DNA from: the human T2T-CHM13v2.0 reference genome, Homo sapiens
Assembly (NCBI RefSeq): GCF_009914755.1
Contig: NC_060933.1
DNA: 64,000 bases
Reading direction: 5' to 3' (one strand)
In this document: piece after piece, positions 1 through 64,000 of the stretch
How positions within the stretch are numbered: the first letter of the stretch is position 1
Layout of the letters: each line of letters begins with the position of its first letter
Notes under the pieces: model-generated
Seen by the model: the letters and a program-made list of their open reading frames with translations, nothing else
What the model was told of the DNA's origin: nothing
Databases searched by the model: none
Position numbers and translations under genes: made by a program

Positions 1-65
1 TTCCATGAGCAAATAGAGAAATAGAGAAAAGAAAACACCAATCAAATGTGCAATAGGGTGCCTTA

Positions 66-61892
<61,827 letters not shown>

Positions 61893-62719
61893 CTATAGCT
61901 GAAACCTGCCTTTTAAAAAATATAGAATACCAAGATGAAATCTACTCACACCTCTTCTACAAGCATTGAAACAGCAAGGAAAAGAAGTTATGTGGATAAA
62001 ATAAATGTAAAACCCAATTTTATCACTATGAAATTAAATATAGTCATGAAAATAATGCAAAAATTCTTGCCCATCTGTTGCCTCTGGTGAACTCCCTACT
62101 AGCCATCTATCATGATAAGGAGGGACAAAACTGGGCCAACAAGGGTCTGACAGTTTATGAATGAGCAAGGGCACAAAGCTTCACTAGTGAAGGTTTCATT
62201 CTTCCCTTATAATCATTTCATGTTATGACCAACCTCAGGGAGAGGGAGAAGGCAACCTTTTCCCTTTGGTAAGTGTCTTTCCATTTACATTAACCACCTT
62301 AAATGAACAACCATCAACCACAGAGCAGTTATGAGAAACGAGGATGTTGAATAGGTGAAATACAAAAGTAGGCCACATTTTTGCCATTTCTTTCAATATT
62401 CTTCTTATTATATATTAGCCAGGATGTTTTTAAAAATAGCAACAGTCTGTGGAAAAGAAGAGGCATTTATTTTCATTTTCTTCTTTTCACTGTTTAGGTC
62501 TTACATCTGTAGGATTCAAAATGTCCCCAGTTTAGACAGTGACAGGAAGAAGGAACAAAATGTCAGGATTAGACAGTTTATCAGCAACAGGGCAATCTGC
62601 TCTTGGGTTACCCACTAAGAGCGTGGAGTAAGAGTGCTTGCTATCCAGGACACAGAAAAGTTTTGCACATGTGCTGTTGGTAATTCTCATGCATCACCAT
62701 GAAAATCTCAAGAAGGCAG

Positions 62720-63086
62720 TGATACGGTTTGGTTGTTCCCCCGCTCAAATCTCATCTTGAATTGTAACTCCCACAATTCCCACATTTCGTGAGAGGAACC
62801 CAGTGGGAGGTGACTGAATTTATGGGGGCAGGTCTTTCCTGCGCTTTTCTCATGATAGTGAATGAGTCTCATGAGATCCAATGGTTTTAAAAATGGGAGT
62901 TTCCCTGCACAAGCTCTCTTTGCTTGCTGCCATCCATGTAAGAGGTGACTTGCTCCTCCTTGCCTTCTGCCATGATCATGAGGCTTCCCAGCCACATGGA
63001 ACTGTAAGTCCATTAAACCTCTTTCTTTTGTAAATTGCCCAATTTCGGGTATGTCTTTATCAGCAGCCTCAAAATGGACTAATACA
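62720..63086 (+). mobile_element. THE1 solo LTR
   Basis: TGATACGGTTTGG...AATCTCATCTTGAATTGTAACTCCC...GGACTAATACA; near-TSD GGCAG/GGGAG. Confidence 0.92.
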
Positions 63087-63625
63087 GGGAGGAATTAATG
63101 CTTGGAGTTTTGATGAACCTAGGGTACAAAAGATCAGGGACATCCTCCCTTTTCAGCAGACACTCTGGTCAAATCTGCAGAGCTCTGTGGTTGCCATTAT
63201 TTCCCGTTTAAAAATGACAAGGAAAATCTAGAGATTATATTATTGAGCAACCAAGTGTTCAAAGGATGAGAAAACTGGGCTTAAAAGGAAAAACCGAATT
63301 GAAGTTGAGAGAATTAGAAAGAAACAATCAGCCGTCAATGTGAGAAAGAGTCAAAAATAAGAGACCTCTCACCTATTCATATATCTAAAATGCAAATTGG
63401 CTTAAAAATGTGTTCATTAGTAATTCACTCAGTAAATATTTATTCAACACCTACTGTGTGATAATTAGTGTTTCCAGCACACCAGCAGAGAAAAAGGCAC
63501 ACATTTTGGAACTTTCAAAAGACATTTCAAAAGAATGTCAAATGTCAAAAGACCACACTATGCGTCAGGCACTGATACTGTCTAATGGTAGAGAAGGAAA
63601 TGCAGTGTGGTTAGAATAGCACAGA

Positions 63626-63653
63626 TGTATGTATGTATGTATGTATGTATGTA
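63626..63653. repeat. (ATGT)n tetranucleotide repeat
   Basis: About 7 units. Confidence 0.9.
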
Positions 63654-64000
63654 TTATGTAGAATCACATGAAATTGCTACTATTAAACCATTTTTTACCT
63701 GTTAAATGGCAATTTTATGTATTCCGGCCTGATCGTGTGCAAGGTGCTGAGGGTGAAAGAAGATGAGTTTTAGCTGACAATGGCGTAGGGGCAGGGCATA
63801 CGTGCCAAGGAAAGTCAGCAAAGTTTCCAGATGCCTTTGCTGGCTTTGTGCTGAGCATTAAAGGATGAGTAAGAGTTTGCCAAGCAGATAAGGTAGAACA
63901 TTGGGACAGATGGGATAGAAGATCTGTAGGGAGAGGCAATGGGGGAGAGAAATGAAAAGTCACTCTAGAAAGAGAAGACAGCTTTAAAAACAGAGAAGGC

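Overview
Human (primate) genomic DNA. The window is the 3' two-thirds of the FREM1 (FRAS1-related extracellular matrix 1, QBRICK) gene on the minus strand. I traced 19 consecutive coding exons from 61879 down to 67, totalling 3361 nt. Their splice phases chain into one open frame: CSPG/cadherin-like repeats, Calx-beta domain, RGD-containing linker, and the start of the C-type lectin domain. The gene continues beyond both window ends. Introns contain Alu, L1, MIR, L2, THE1/MLT LTRs, MER20, MER44, MER5 and simple repeats. No prokaryotic system, tRNA/rRNA gene or CRISPR array is present. The most interesting structure is a ~7 kb isoform hub around the 415-nt exon (27.8-34.6 kb). It contains a GC-AG donor and a tandem CAG/TAG acceptor directly abutting the ATG of the short isoform (TILRR). 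It also contains a candidate internal first exon with a YY1/Kozak ATG opening a hydrophobic 79-aa ORF in frame with TILRR, an in-frame 135-nt exon whose acceptor is formed by an LTR terminus, and a well-formed antisense exon. Other observations are a MIR-derived poison-exon candidate, a 129-bp local duplication, a CTCF-like site and an intact DUX4 motif in a THE1 LTR. Repeat subfamily calls and boundaries are by eye and approximate.
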